A stretch of DNA of 38,615 bases from a virus. The stretch is from positions 1 through 38,615 of the IMG/VR virus record IMGVR_UViG_3300001989_000001; one strand, written 5' to 3'. The notes beneath the pieces are model-generated. The model was not told the origin of the DNA. It saw nothing but the letters and a program-made list of their open reading frames with translations, and ran no database searches. Shown here piece after piece: positions 14,572-23,729 of the stretch. The translations under genes were made by a program, and so were the position numbers. The stretch's first letter is position 1. Each line of letters begins with the position of its first letter.

Positions 14572-15975
14572 CTATTTATGTTTCCACCAGGCAGCTGACT
14601 GTGTTTGCTCAGCCTTAAATACTGTCGTTACCTGGCGCCCATGAACTGGCTTAAAATGGCTATATGCTACCAGGTTGAATATTCCCATGTCAGTCAATCC
14701 GGCACCGTGCATACGCCGTAGCTTCGCATCTTCTTCAAATTGGGTGTAATAATCGATCATTTTGCCACAGAAATCTATCACCGTATCTACATCACCGCCC
14801 AGGATGCCGGCATTTAATAATGGCTGCGTACGCCATTTTATTATCATATTCTGAATGACCGGGTGTTTGTGATGTGTCTTTAACCATGCATTATTGACAG
14901 TGCCCGGCTCATCTCCGGTGTAAAGAACGCCCCGACTCATGTGAGGATATGGATTATTGAGCATTATCACATCTGTTGCATCCACACACCATACGAATCC
15001 CAGTGTATGCCGGTGATCTATCAAATATTTTCGGTAGCTGATCCAGCGCTGAAAATACGGATTAATTAAACACTCAGCCCCGGCGCCGTTGGGGGGAGGA
15101 ATCAACATACAGTCATTCAGCACCATTATTTCACGATAAGGAATAGAATTGAACAGCGGCATAACGGCTGAGGCATCAGGTTTCCAGCTCTCCCCGCGTT
15201 GCGGATCTGGCTGCCCAACGAAAAAGGAGGTCAATACTAGGTTTTTCCCCTCCCGGTATGGCACATACTCCTTACTGTACTTCCGGGCGTCATACATAGG
15301 CTTATTTCGCTGAATGGCAGCAGATCGATCCCTACCTATGCAGGTAGATATAACTGCCTGATGCTCATCGCCTGCAAAAAATAATTTATTGCTCCCTGGT
15401 ACATCCATATAACGAAAAGTGGTTAAGCCTGCATTATAGATCCTATTGGATAGGTCCGGATGTTCATATCCCCATTTACCGAACCCTGGATGCATACCAC
15501 CCACTTTGCTGAGGCACTCCTTGGTTAAATATAACATGCAACCGCGCGGATGTGAATAGGTTATTTTAGTGCTGTCCTGGTAAATAATAGCTGTGTCATT
15601 GAGCCGTATGTTAGTGCTGAAGTCCGGAAAGATGTACATAAGGTGTGGCTCCGAATGCTCCACATATGGTTTCCACCAGTCAGCCACAACCGGAAATGTA
15701 TCTTCATCAAATAGAAAAAAATGGGTGCAGCCGATATTTTCTAGTAATTCAAGACACTTATTTTTAGCCCTGGCAATACCCACGTTATTATTAAAACGGT
15801 AGCCTATTACATCCCATTTATTTAATACATATTGTGCAATGTTTTCATCGCTTGCATCATCAACAACGACTATGCAGCACTCAATATTTTTAGGAAGTAA
15901 ACAAGTGAGGTGATCCAGGCAATCTGCCAGCTCTTTCTTGCGGTTATGCACCGTTACGCCAATTCCTATTTTCAT
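14572..15975 (-). CDS. Two-domain glycosyltransferase (N-terminal GT2-like half plus a C-terminal nucleotide-diphospho-sugar-transferase-like half)
   Basis: N-terminal half: IGVTVHNRKKEL, CCIVVVDDASDE, FFLFDEDTF (DxD). C-terminal half: FVWCVDATDVIMLNNPY and LNAGILGGDVDTV, which resemble a second GT-A domain. Confidence 0.7.
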   Translation of the reverse strand: MKIGIGVTVHNRKKELADCLDHLTCLLPKNIECCIVVVDDASDENIAQYVLNKWDVIGYRFNNNVGIARAKNKCLELLENIGCTHFFLFDEDTFPVVADWWKPYVEHSEPHLMYIFPDFSTNIRLNDTAIIYQDSTKITYSHPRGCMLYLTKECLSKVGGMHPGFGKWGYEHPDLSNRIYNAGLTTFRYMDVPGSNKLFFAGDEHQAVISTCIGRDRSAAIQRNKPMYDARKYSKEYVPYREGKNLVLTSFFVGQPDPQRGESWKPDASAVMPLFNSIPYREIMVLNDCMLIPPPNGAGAECLINPYFQRWISYRKYLIDHRHTLGFVWCVDATDVIMLNNPYPHMSRGVLYTGDEPGTVNNAWLKTHHKHPVIQNMIIKWRTQPLLNAGILGGDVDTVIDFCGKMIDYYTQFEEDAKLRRMHGAGLTDMGIFNLVAYSHFKPVHGRQVTTVFKAEQTQSAAWWKHK

Positions 15976-15999
15976 GGTTATAGTGATGGTTTTGGTTAA

Positions 16000-17445
16000 T
16001 TATTCGCTCTCGTATGGATTCGCATTATTATCCTGCAATGTACGCATTTCATTTGTTAAATCGTTCGGCTGGGCGAATAAATCTGATAATAAACTTACAC
16101 CAGACGGAACCGGTATTGCGTTAAGCTGCTCATCGGTCAATCCTTCAGGCATATCCTCACCCATAATCTCATACCTGCGACGTAAAGGCAAATATGATTT
16201 ATCCAGCCATTCAACTTGATCTTTCTTGGACTCTTCCAGCTCAGTGTAGCACTGAAGATCTGGACTTACTATTATGTTTGAGTTCTTGTATTTGGCCAGG
16301 CTACGGAGCTTCCTGTTAAAACTGGCCTCACGGGACAAAATAAGAGGTATAGCGCAGTTTGCCGTCAATGAGCGCTCTCCGGTAGACTGGTTATTATACG
16401 TACTGGCATCTGTGCTGAATAGAACGGGAGGGGCATTATATATCAGCGCGCCCATGGTCAAATCAAATTTACTTGCCTCTAACAGATCCATTTCAACAGA
16501 CGTAAGCCCCAGCCGGGTAGCGCCCAGCTTAAAAGGGCTCCATACAGTGCTGCCGGCATTGTTAACGCCTTTCTGTTCTGCGTTCCATTCCTGTTTGAGC
16601 TTACCGCTTTGTTCAAGGGCTAATTTAAACTCATCTTCACCGGTAATACGCTGATCATCCAGGTATACCACTACATCAGCGCCGCCGTTCTGTGCCATCT
16701 TAATGGCGCGGATCTGGCCGGTGTTATTCCGCTGCAATCTCATGCAATATGCCTTTAATGGAGACATGCCATATAGCTGATTGCCGTATATATCCCATTC
16801 CGGATTGAAATATTTTTCATGCAATATATCTTCCTTGGTAAAGGGTACTTCCGTTCCTACCTGAAGCAAATAACCGGCTTCCGTTAACGGGAGAGAATTA
16901 GAGGAAAGAATGCTGGTGTATTGAGGGGGCAGCCCATAATGCTGCAAGGGGATGCCGCCATCCAAGCCGCCGCTGGCTAAATTATCCCATCCAGCTTCAA
17001 AGTAGTCACCGGTAGCCAGCTTATAGGTGTAATGACCATACAGCAGCTGGGAGCCGGTTTCATTTTCATTTGGGAACTCTAACAGCCGGGTTAGGCCCCC
17101 ATCATCTACTTTTACCAGGGACTTCTTTAGCAATTGCATAGCCCTTTTGTAGTCCTGAGAAGTATCGTGTTTTGATATTGATACTTTCTTTAATATTGAC
17201 TGGGCCAGCAGGTAATCCTTTTCATCAACTACTTTATAGGCTCCCCAGGTTGGAATAACAGCCTTTTCAACTATCTTTTTGATAACGCTGTATACGATGT
17301 CATTGTAGGCGTAGCCGCGTTCTATGTAGGTCAGCTTATCGTGTTTATATGGCACAAGCTGGCCACCTATAAACCTAAAACCCGGTATGCTTGGAAGATT
17401 GGCAGCTTTGCGGCCCCCAAAAAGGCGAGAGAATATATTAGCCAT
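16000..17445 (-). CDS. Portal protein
   Basis: A 481-aa ORF 3 nt downstream of the large terminase. Size and position are canonical. Confidence 0.8.
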   Translation of the reverse strand: MANIFSRLFGGRKAANLPSIPGFRFIGGQLVPYKHDKLTYIERGYAYNDIVYSVIKKIVEKAVIPTWGAYKVVDEKDYLLAQSILKKVSISKHDTSQDYKRAMQLLKKSLVKVDDGGLTRLLEFPNENETGSQLLYGHYTYKLATGDYFEAGWDNLASGGLDGGIPLQHYGLPPQYTSILSSNSLPLTEAGYLLQVGTEVPFTKEDILHEKYFNPEWDIYGNQLYGMSPLKAYCMRLQRNNTGQIRAIKMAQNGGADVVVYLDDQRITGEDEFKLALEQSGKLKQEWNAEQKGVNNAGSTVWSPFKLGATRLGLTSVEMDLLEASKFDLTMGALIYNAPPVLFSTDASTYNNQSTGERSLTANCAIPLILSREASFNRKLRSLAKYKNSNIIVSPDLQCYTELEESKKDQVEWLDKSYLPLRRRYEIMGEDMPEGLTDEQLNAIPVPSGVSLLSDLFAQPNDLTNEMRTLQDNNANPYESE

Positions 17446-17448
17446 ATT

Positions 17449-18810
17449 TTATATAGTTGCGGCCCACAGAGTTTGCCGGGGCCTTATTTCATCAAAAATA
17501 GACATTATTAAGTTGTCCAGGTAATCTGGGGACCTACCTAATATCTCTTTTATTTTTATTTTGGGCATTAACCGGAATGGGCCGTCTTTGTCAATGTCGG
17601 CTTTCTTCAGCTGCTCTAGCTCTGCAATGATCATTTCCTTTACCTCCGGATCGTCACATTCAATATATAGCATAGAGGACATTATGCGCTTTGCCAGCCA
17701 ATAACCGCACTGGCTTTTCAGGTGATCGTAATTGCCGGGCAACTTTTTTCCAGTTTTGGGATCTATCTTTGGGTTTTCCGGCTCAGGCACTGGTCGGGAG
17801 TTATTCACGAACCCGGTACAACCCGGTATCTGGTCCACAACCCCCCCGCCTATGCCATCTTCATCAATTATTATCTTGCTGGCCGGCACTCCATGTTCCT
17901 TAGCAATACCCTTCAGGCGCTGTGAAACCTGCGTAGTGCTGAGATGTTTATGTGTCTCAAATTTAAGGTGAAACGGGCTGAACCATTTACTAATGGTAGT
18001 CTTATCCTTACCGAATCGCGCCACGTCACAGCCCAGGCGCATAACCTGGTCAGAGGGAGATTTTAAGTGCACATTGGTAAAGCACTCTACAATTTTATCG
18101 AAATCTATCAGGGTAGCTGGATCATCGTCATACTCCCAATTACCATGTGCCAGGCGCATTACGCTTTGCTTGTCCAGGCTAAGTAATGTTTGTAGATAAT
18201 GCTTTGAAATATCCGGGTTATCCTTCGCCAGAGCCTGTATAAATTTCCGATCAGGCGGCAATGTGCCATCTTTCCACGGCTTATAAAATCGGGTGTAAAC
18301 ATAATTCTTAGCAGGATTGCAGCTGCCCAGCAATTTGGGCCTGAGCCCGTATTCATCCAGCCGGTAGCGCATTCGGCTCTTAACAATATTGAATGCTTTT
18401 TCTACGGTCTGGTTACACTCATCAATAAATCCATCCGTTATTTCCAGGGAGCCCAGCTCATCAAAATTGGGATCTGTAGGATAAAAAAACAGATCTTTCA
18501 GGAAGATCATGCTCCCGTTTGTGAAGGATATTACGCCCTGTTGCTGGTGGTAATTATAGTGATCAACCACCCGGCAGTCCTGTAAGCGACAAACCTCAAA
18601 GAAAGACAACAGCGTTGTTTCTTTAAGGGTTTTAAGTGAAGCCCTGCCCAACAATCCCCTGGTGCCAGGGTATTTCATGCGCCGTTTAAGCTGAAAGTAT
18701 GAGCCCAGTATAGATTTACCGCCGCCAGCTCCGCCGCCGAAAAGCAGCTCATTTGTTACATCGTCTTCCAGATAATCAAGCGCCTGCGTCTGCTTTAGGT
18801 TCAAGATCAT
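17449..18810 (-). CDS. terL: Terminase large subunit
   Basis: Walker A LFGGGAGGGKS near the N-terminus. The start at ATG 18810 (MILNLKQTQALDYL...) is preferred. The track ORF extends to 18912, which would overlap terS by 137 nt. Confidence 0.9.
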   Translation of the reverse strand: MILNLKQTQALDYLEDDVTNELLFGGGAGGGKSILGSYFQLKRRMKYPGTRGLLGRASLKTLKETTLLSFFEVCRLQDCRVVDHYNYHQQQGVISFTNGSMIFLKDLFFYPTDPNFDELGSLEITDGFIDECNQTVEKAFNIVKSRMRYRLDEYGLRPKLLGSCNPAKNYVYTRFYKPWKDGTLPPDRKFIQALAKDNPDISKHYLQTLLSLDKQSVMRLAHGNWEYDDDPATLIDFDKIVECFTNVHLKSPSDQVMRLGCDVARFGKDKTTISKWFSPFHLKFETHKHLSTTQVSQRLKGIAKEHGVPASKIIIDEDGIGGGVVDQIPGCTGFVNNSRPVPEPENPKIDPKTGKKLPGNYDHLKSQCGYWLAKRIMSSMLYIECDDPEVKEMIIAELEQLKKADIDKDGPFRLMPKIKIKEILGRSPDYLDNLIMSIFDEIRPRQTLWAATI

Positions 18811-19291
18811 TTCCCGGTTTTTGGTAAGTCTTTGTTTCCTGCCATACGATGCCCATATTCCCGCTGTGTTCAGTTTCCACCTTATCCTTCCACCCCATGT
18901 TTTTGAGGGCAAAGATGGAGCCCGTAGGGGTGCTGCCGTGTAGATTTGATTCGTATCCCATTTCCACCTGCATCCTTGCGCGCTTTATTAGGTGTGAAAA
19001 CTCTGGTCTATCCTGGTATTCATAAAGCATGGATTTATCACTAAATCCCAGGTACAGCGCTAGGCCGGTAACCGTATAAGGCTTGGGCCTACGCGAATAG
19101 GGATCATCCGGCGCGTTGCCATCCTCATCAACCAGCTGCCCTTCCTCATTCACCTGTACCCCGGGCTTCAGCTTGCCGTTGCACCATTCAAAATATGCGT
19201 CAATCTCTACGGCCATTTCTTCCGGACTTCCATACATCCGGGGGCGGCCGCCATTATTACCAACTGAAAATTTGTTTCCTGGCTGAAACAT
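18776..19291 (-). CDS. terS: Terminase small subunit
   Basis: 171 aa with GGRPRMYGSPEEM, PYTVTGLALYLGFSDKSMLYEY and FALKNMGWKDK, typical of the small terminase (gp3-type) family. It lies immediately upstream of terL. Confidence 0.85.
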   Translation of the reverse strand: MFQPGNKFSVGNNGGRPRMYGSPEEMAVEIDAYFEWCNGKLKPGVQVNEEGQLVDEDGNAPDDPYSRRPKPYTVTGLALYLGFSDKSMLYEYQDRPEFSHLIKRARMQVEMGYESNLHGSTPTGSIFALKNMGWKDKVETEHSGNMGIVWQETKTYQKPGNDLEPKADAGA

Positions 19292-19294
19292 AGC

Positions 19295-19327
19295 TAATTA
19301 TTTGCTCAAATATAAGCAAAATAATTA
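19295..19327 (-). promoter_or_regulatory. Palindrome bracketing a -7 box just upstream of terS
   Basis: TAATTATTTGCT (19295-19306) and AGCAAAATAATTA (19315-19327) are inverted arms. On the minus strand the 8-nt centre reads TATATTTG, matching TAnnTTTG. Confidence 0.5.
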
Positions 19328-19345
19328 ATCTGGATAGTAAAATGG

Positions 19346-19603
19346 TTATGGCCCGGTTATCTCTCCGCTTGCCGGGTCCATAGCCCTTGCTACACATTTA
19401 TCTGCTTTACTATACCCGCATGTCCATGCCTTAAAATACCATATTCCTACCTGTATTTCATCATCATAATCAGAATCGTTAGTATTCTCAAACCGTGGGC
19501 TACGTCCTTCGTAATAATAAGCCATTTCCCCCGGCTGAAGATCAGCCCCGCATGTCTCGCATTTATGTGGCTTCCTTATTTTTATTTCTCTCATGTTAAT
19601 CAT
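19346..19603 (-). CDS. Hypothetical zinc-ribbon-like protein
   Basis: 85 aa with CETCG near the N-terminus and later Cys residues (WTCGYSKADKC). Confidence 0.6.
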   Translation of the reverse strand: MINMREIKIRKPHKCETCGADLQPGEMAYYYEGRSPRFENTNDSDYDDEIQVGIWYFKAWTCGYSKADKCVARAMDPASGEITGP

Positions 19604-19959
19604 TTTAGAATATAGTTAATAAACCTGAGCTGGCTCTTTATCTTGTCTACATCGTGCTCTTTTTTCCACTTCATCAGCTTCTTTTTATATTCCGGATTTT
19701 TATCACCTCCCAGTCCCGGAGGCGGTGCGGGCCATGAACTCATTATCGCTTTATATTGCTTTTGCACAGTCTTTAACTGGCCCTGCAAAAATTCAGCTGT
19801 TGGATTATTCTCCAAATAGATAATGACCTTATTTAAGAACTGAATCTGCTTTTTATACCGGGCAATAAGCCTTTTTCCGCCATCTGTATTCAGATCTATC
19901 TGTTTTGCTTCATCCATGGCTTCCAAGTAGCTATTTTTAACTTGTAATAATGTTTTCAT
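19600..19959 (-). CDS. Hypothetical protein (helical/coiled-coil-like)
   Basis: ORF track, 119 aa, 4-nt overlap downstream. Confidence 0.6.
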   Translation of the reverse strand: MKTLLQVKNSYLEAMDEAKQIDLNTDGGKRLIARYKKQIQFLNKVIIYLENNPTAEFLQGQLKTVQKQYKAIMSSWPAPPPGLGGDKNPEYKKKLMKWKKEHDVDKIKSQLRFINYILK

Positions 19960-19969
19960 GTTATTTGTT

Positions 19970-20680
19970 TTAACAAGTGATGGGTTTATCTATTTTTTCA
20001 AAGTCAATAATCCAATAAAATTTGTTTTCATCCCATGCTTTTTTATTCTTCCATTCTTTCATACCTCCGGTGATGTATCCCATAACAATAGGAGAGTGTT
20101 CCCATCCCATACAAAAACATTCCTGTATTTCTCCACCGGCTTCGTAATATCCAAATCCAATACATGAATGGGGCAATTCCTCCACTGCTTGTTTTATGAA
20201 ATCGGTATCTTCTAACTCCTGCACCCTCATCACCCGTATATTGGTAATACGCAGGAATAACCGGGCGGCTTCATGAGGCATAGTGGTGGGTGATTTCCAG
20301 GGTGCTGTTTCAAAATAATGATCCCCATCAAACCAACCCTGGTGCTGGTGAATAGCTTTGTAATAATACTGCATTACATATTCGCCCTTATCATCTTTCA
20401 CAAAATCTTCACCATCCATTTTATTGCCATAAACCCAAGATTCCCGCACCGCTATAACATCCCCAACCTTACCGAATGGGCACGCTTCCATCATATGATT
20501 GCATAATGACTGCATATCAGTGTTCCACAGGTAGGAATCGCTTTCAGGACCTTTTGGGCTCCATGCAAATCCGGCTCCCGTACCTGGCCAAGGCTGCGGT
20601 TTAACCACCTCCATAAACTGGGTCATTCTGACGTCCTGTATAGCGCGTATCTGGTCTGTTATGAATATTTTACTTTTCAT
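19970..20680 (-). CDS. Hypothetical protein, possibly ASCH/PUA-like
   Basis: 236 aa. The N-terminal IRAIQDVRMTQFMEVVKPQP and later LFLRITNIRVMRVQEL resemble a widespread phage family that is often annotated ASCH-like. This is recognition from memory only. Confidence 0.35.
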   Translation of the reverse strand: MKSKIFITDQIRAIQDVRMTQFMEVVKPQPWPGTGAGFAWSPKGPESDSYLWNTDMQSLCNHMMEACPFGKVGDVIAVRESWVYGNKMDGEDFVKDDKGEYVMQYYYKAIHQHQGWFDGDHYFETAPWKSPTTMPHEAARLFLRITNIRVMRVQELEDTDFIKQAVEELPHSCIGFGYYEAGGEIQECFCMGWEHSPIVMGYITGGMKEWKNKKAWDENKFYWIIDFEKIDKPITC

Positions 20681-20691
20681 TTCAGATTTTT

Positions 20692-21042
20692 TTAATCGTC
20701 GTATCCGTGAAGTAGTTGGAATAAAATAATATTTCGCAGGTGGTCCGGGTTAGTGGGATTGCTGTCCTCTCCATACCACACCGATACCTCATTGTCATTA
20801 TTGACGCAAATTTCTCCCTCCCAGCGGATAGGGTTTATTCCATTGCCGGTTACTGTGATTAAATATGATGTACTTTCTTCATCCTCATTAACCATTTCAG
20901 CAACAACCGTTACACCTCCCGTTTCAAGTGTACGCCAAAAGTAAAATGTTTCTGAAATGAGGTGTTTTAAAAGATTGAAGTGTTCCCTGTTATCTCCTAC
21001 CTGTGGATGATCCCACAAATAAATTTCTTGTTTACTTTTCAT
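20692..21042 (-). CDS. Hypothetical protein
   Basis: ORF track, 116 aa. Confidence 0.6.
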   Translation of the reverse strand: MKSKQEIYLWDHPQVGDNREHFNLLKHLISETFYFWRTLETGGVTVVAEMVNEDEESTSYLITVTGNGINPIRWEGEICVNNDNEVSVWYGEDSNPTNPDHLRNIILFQLLHGYDD

Positions 21043-21111
21043 ACTGTTTATTTTTATAAGATTAACTTTTATTGTTTATGGAAATATTCTTTTCCCCGGC
21101 CTCCTTGCCGG

Positions 21112-21309
21112 TTATATTTCAGTTACTATTACTTTAACCACTCGCCACCCGTTATAATAGTATTTATGCCATTCAGCTGCCCGATCTTTGTTATCTATAT
21201 CATACCCGGTTAAGTGGGTGATAGCATCCCGCTTAAAAAGAAATGTGGCTGCATACAGTTCACCTGTGGGTAATTTCACCGCATAGGAAATAAAATTATT
21301 TTTTTTCAT
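21112..21309 (-). CDS. Hypothetical small protein
   Basis: ORF track frame 21112..21348. The ATG at 21309 (MKKNNFISYAV...) has AGGAGG 9 nt upstream. Confidence 0.55.
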   Translation of the reverse strand: MKKNNFISYAVKLPTGELYAATFLFKRDAITHLTGYDIDNKDRAAEWHKYYYNGWRVVKVIVTEI

Positions 21310-21625
21310 CTTCCCCGGCCTCCTGGTCCGGTAATCCTCCATATCCACGCATAAACTTTGTAAATTGACTGCTTTTGTCCTCCTGATCCGGTATTAAACC
21401 CTGCTCTTTTACGTATGTACCTGCTCCCATGCAATGACCATCTTCAACAGCCAAATATGCATTTCCCGCAGCATTAGCCATGTACTTAACTGCTATCCGG
21501 GCAGCCTCCATATACTGTGCAGTTATTTCGTCCCGTTCACGAAAACATTGTTCCCATTGTTTAGGCCGTGATTTGGCCGCCATTTCTTCAGCAATGGCCT
21601 GAACTCGTTCTTTATACGTTGGCAT
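21296..21625 (-). CDS. Hypothetical protein, tandem paralogue B
   Basis: Shares Y.ERV...AE.MA, ARIA and KEQGLIPD with 21612..21944. Confidence 0.7.
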   Translation of the reverse strand: MPTYKERVQAIAEEMAAKSRPKQWEQCFRERDEITAQYMEAARIAVKYMANAAGNAYLAVEDGHCMGAGTYVKEQGLIPDQEDKSSQFTKFMRGYGGLPDQEAGEDEKK

Positions 21626-21944
21626 CGTGGCTGCCCTCCTGCGCGCTATCGGGGATTAAACCTTGTTCTTTTAGAACACGATCCATATAATCAAATTCCT
21701 GTCCTTGTTCTACCAATTGCTTATAATCTTCCAGGCTGCCAAAAGCATAAATGATCACAGCTTCTGCCGTTTCTGCAATTGCTATCCGGGCATCTTCCAT
21801 TTTCTTAGAGTAGTAATAATATTTATTACTACATCGGTCCCATGGAATACTGTAATTCATTTTGTCATACGAAGCTTTTGCCATCTTTTCGGCCAGCAGG
21901 CGCACACGCTCTGTGTAGGTTATTTTATAATTTAACTTTTCCAT
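21612..21944 (-). CDS. Hypothetical protein, tandem paralogue A
   Basis: See 21296..21625. Confidence 0.7.
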   Translation of the reverse strand: MEKLNYKITYTERVRLLAEKMAKASYDKMNYSIPWDRCSNKYYYYSKKMEDARIAIAETAEAVIIYAFGSLEDYKQLVEQGQEFDYMDRVLKEQGLIPDSAQEGSHDANV

Positions 21945-22114
21945 ATAGCAATAATTAAAAGGAATAAAATAAAAATAGCAAACACAATTAAAATTGTCTT
22001 ACTGAGGATATTATAATGCTTAATATTTTCCTGTGCATACTCAATACATCTTTCATTATAACGCTCTTTTGTTTCTCCCGGCTCAGGTGGCGGGAATGGT
22101 GGAATATATCCCAT
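21932..22114 (-). CDS. Small membrane protein (one C-terminal TM helix)
   Basis: 60 aa with a hydrophobic stretch ILIVFAIFILFLLIIAIW. Confidence 0.55.
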   Translation of the reverse strand: MGYIPPFPPPEPGETKERYNERCIEYAQENIKHYNILSKTILIVFAIFILFLLIIAIWKS

Positions 22115-22117
22115 AAT

Positions 22118-22444
22118 TTACATTTCAGATATGAAAGGATCACTACCAGGCATTACAAACGCCCGCTGTAATTCATCAATTACATATTGCATATGCTCGC
22201 CTTCTTTCCACCATCCGCGTGCGGCGCCCATTCGCATGTTAACTATAAGTCCATGAATTAGCGCCTGTGTAATTGGCTTCAGAGCTTCTTTTGTAGGCAG
22301 CTCGTTCCTAATATACATGTCCTTATTCAGGTTATTTGATAGCTCCAATCTTAGATCGCAGCTTTTAAACTGTGAATTGACAGCACCCTGCGTATGCTCG
22401 ATGGTTAGCCTTGATATTGCTGTGAAACTGAAATCTGTAGTCAT
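22118..22444 (-). CDS. Hypothetical protein
   Basis: ORF track, 108 aa. Confidence 0.6.
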   Translation of the reverse strand: MTTDFSFTAISRLTIEHTQGAVNSQFKSCDLRLELSNNLNKDMYIRNELPTKEALKPITQALIHGLIVNMRMGAARGWWKEGEHMQYVIDELQRAFVMPGSDPFISEM

Positions 22445-22453
22445 ATTATAATT

Positions 22454-22822
22454 TTATTCTTTCCAATTGATAGGTATAGTACAAATATATTGTACGCCAA
22501 AAGCAAGACTGGGAGCTCCTTCCGGCCGTTCTTCAAATATTTTACTACTACAAAACATCCGCCCATTTTTGTTCCGATAAATATTTATAAATCCGCCATA
22601 TTCAACCTCTCCCATATACAAATCAAGGGTACTTCTTGATCCACAAAGCATAAAACAACCATTGTCATCATAATGACATATCCTACCGGTATGATCAAGG
22701 ACTATTAATTTCTGCTTTTCATTCAATTCTTCAACATATGCAATGATCTTTTTTATTGGCATACCGTTTTCATGTACAACCGGCTCTCCGGCAAGCGCGC
22801 GTTTTAAATCGAAAGGTTTCAT
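22454..22822 (-). CDS. Hypothetical protein, MKPF(D/N)L-family tandem paralogue 2
   Basis: The ATG at 22822 gives MKPFDLKRALAGEPVV..., aligning with MKPFNLQKAKEGAQVV... of 22840..23274. Both also contain (F/W)INIY. The track start at 22846 is GTG. Confidence 0.65.
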   Translation of the reverse strand: MKPFDLKRALAGEPVVHENGMPIKKIIAYVEELNEKQKLIVLDHTGRICHYDDNGCFMLCGSRSTLDLYMGEVEYGGFINIYRNKNGRMFCSSKIFEERPEGAPSLAFGVQYICTIPINWKE

Positions 22823-22839
22823 TTGATTTTTTTTATTGA

Positions 22840-23274
22840 TTAACACTCTTTTATTTCTATCAAAACAGTATTAACATACGACTGGTTTTCATCTTCAATG
22901 ATCTCATCCATGGCTTGTCTGCGTGAACAATATGGCGTTTTAGAGCACTGTAAATAACCAAAAATATTACAATAAATGTTTATCCATTTTTCAACAATTA
23001 TCGGAGCCATGGATAAATCGTAATATTCCGTCCTGGAACCGTCTGTAATGCGAAACGCCTCCCCCACATCATTTGTTCTTATAACAAACTGGCTTATTTT
23101 ATGCTCAACTCCATCAGGGGTTTTAAATGGACTTGAAATTTTATCTTCCAATGAAAAAAAATGCCAAATACCATCCACCTTGTTAATAGATGTAAATTTG
23201 TAATACCCCTTAGATCCACATGGTGTCACAACCTGAGCACCTTCTTTTGCTTTTTGTAAATTGAATGGTTTCAT
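22840..23274 (-). CDS. Hypothetical protein, MKPF(D/N)L-family tandem paralogue 1
   Basis: See 22454..22822. Confidence 0.65.
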   Translation of the reverse strand: MKPFNLQKAKEGAQVVTPCGSKGYYKFTSINKVDGIWHFFSLEDKISSPFKTPDGVEHKISQFVIRTNDVGEAFRITDGSRTEYYDLSMAPIIVEKWINIYCNIFGYLQCSKTPYCSRRQAMDEIIEDENQSYVNTVLIEIKEC

Positions 23275-23286
23275 ATTATTTATTTT

Positions 23287-23520
23287 TTATTGATCAATAC
23301 CAAAATGCTCCTTAATAGCCGGTAGCCCAATTTCATCTATAACATCAGCAATTCCTTTTTGTTTTATAAAATCCACAATGGCGATGTTTTCAGCTGCACA
23401 GCTAAGTAGTTCATCATATTCAATATTTTCAAGTTGGACTACCACATTATAGGGATGGCGGGCAAGCCTATTAGGTATAATCTTTGCCGATGTCGCGGTA
23501 AGTTCTAAATCAAGTGCCAT
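23287..23520 (-). CDS. Hypothetical protein
   Basis: ORF track, 77 aa. Confidence 0.6.
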   Translation of the reverse strand: MALDLELTATSAKIIPNRLARHPYNVVVQLENIEYDELLSCAAENIAIVDFIKQKGIADVIDEIGLPAIKEHFGIDQ

Positions 23521-23521
23521 G

Positions 23522-23716
23522 TTATTTTATTTTTGGTTTAATAATAAATGCAAGAGTATCATGAGTATGGGGCCATAAGGATAGCCATAATGGGAAATAC
23601 TGATTACTGTAAACAATATCTTTGTATACATATATCTTACCACCAGATTTCAATATTTCCACAACTCTCTTTTGCTGCATTTTATGCAGTCTATATTTTG
23701 TTTCTGTTGTTTCCAT
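23522..23716 (-). CDS. Hypothetical protein
   Basis: ORF track, 64 aa. Confidence 0.55.
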   Translation of the reverse strand: METTETKYRLHKMQQKRVVEILKSGGKIYVYKDIVYSNQYFPLWLSLWPHTHDTLAFIIKPKIK

Positions 23717-23729
23717 AATGCGAAGATAA

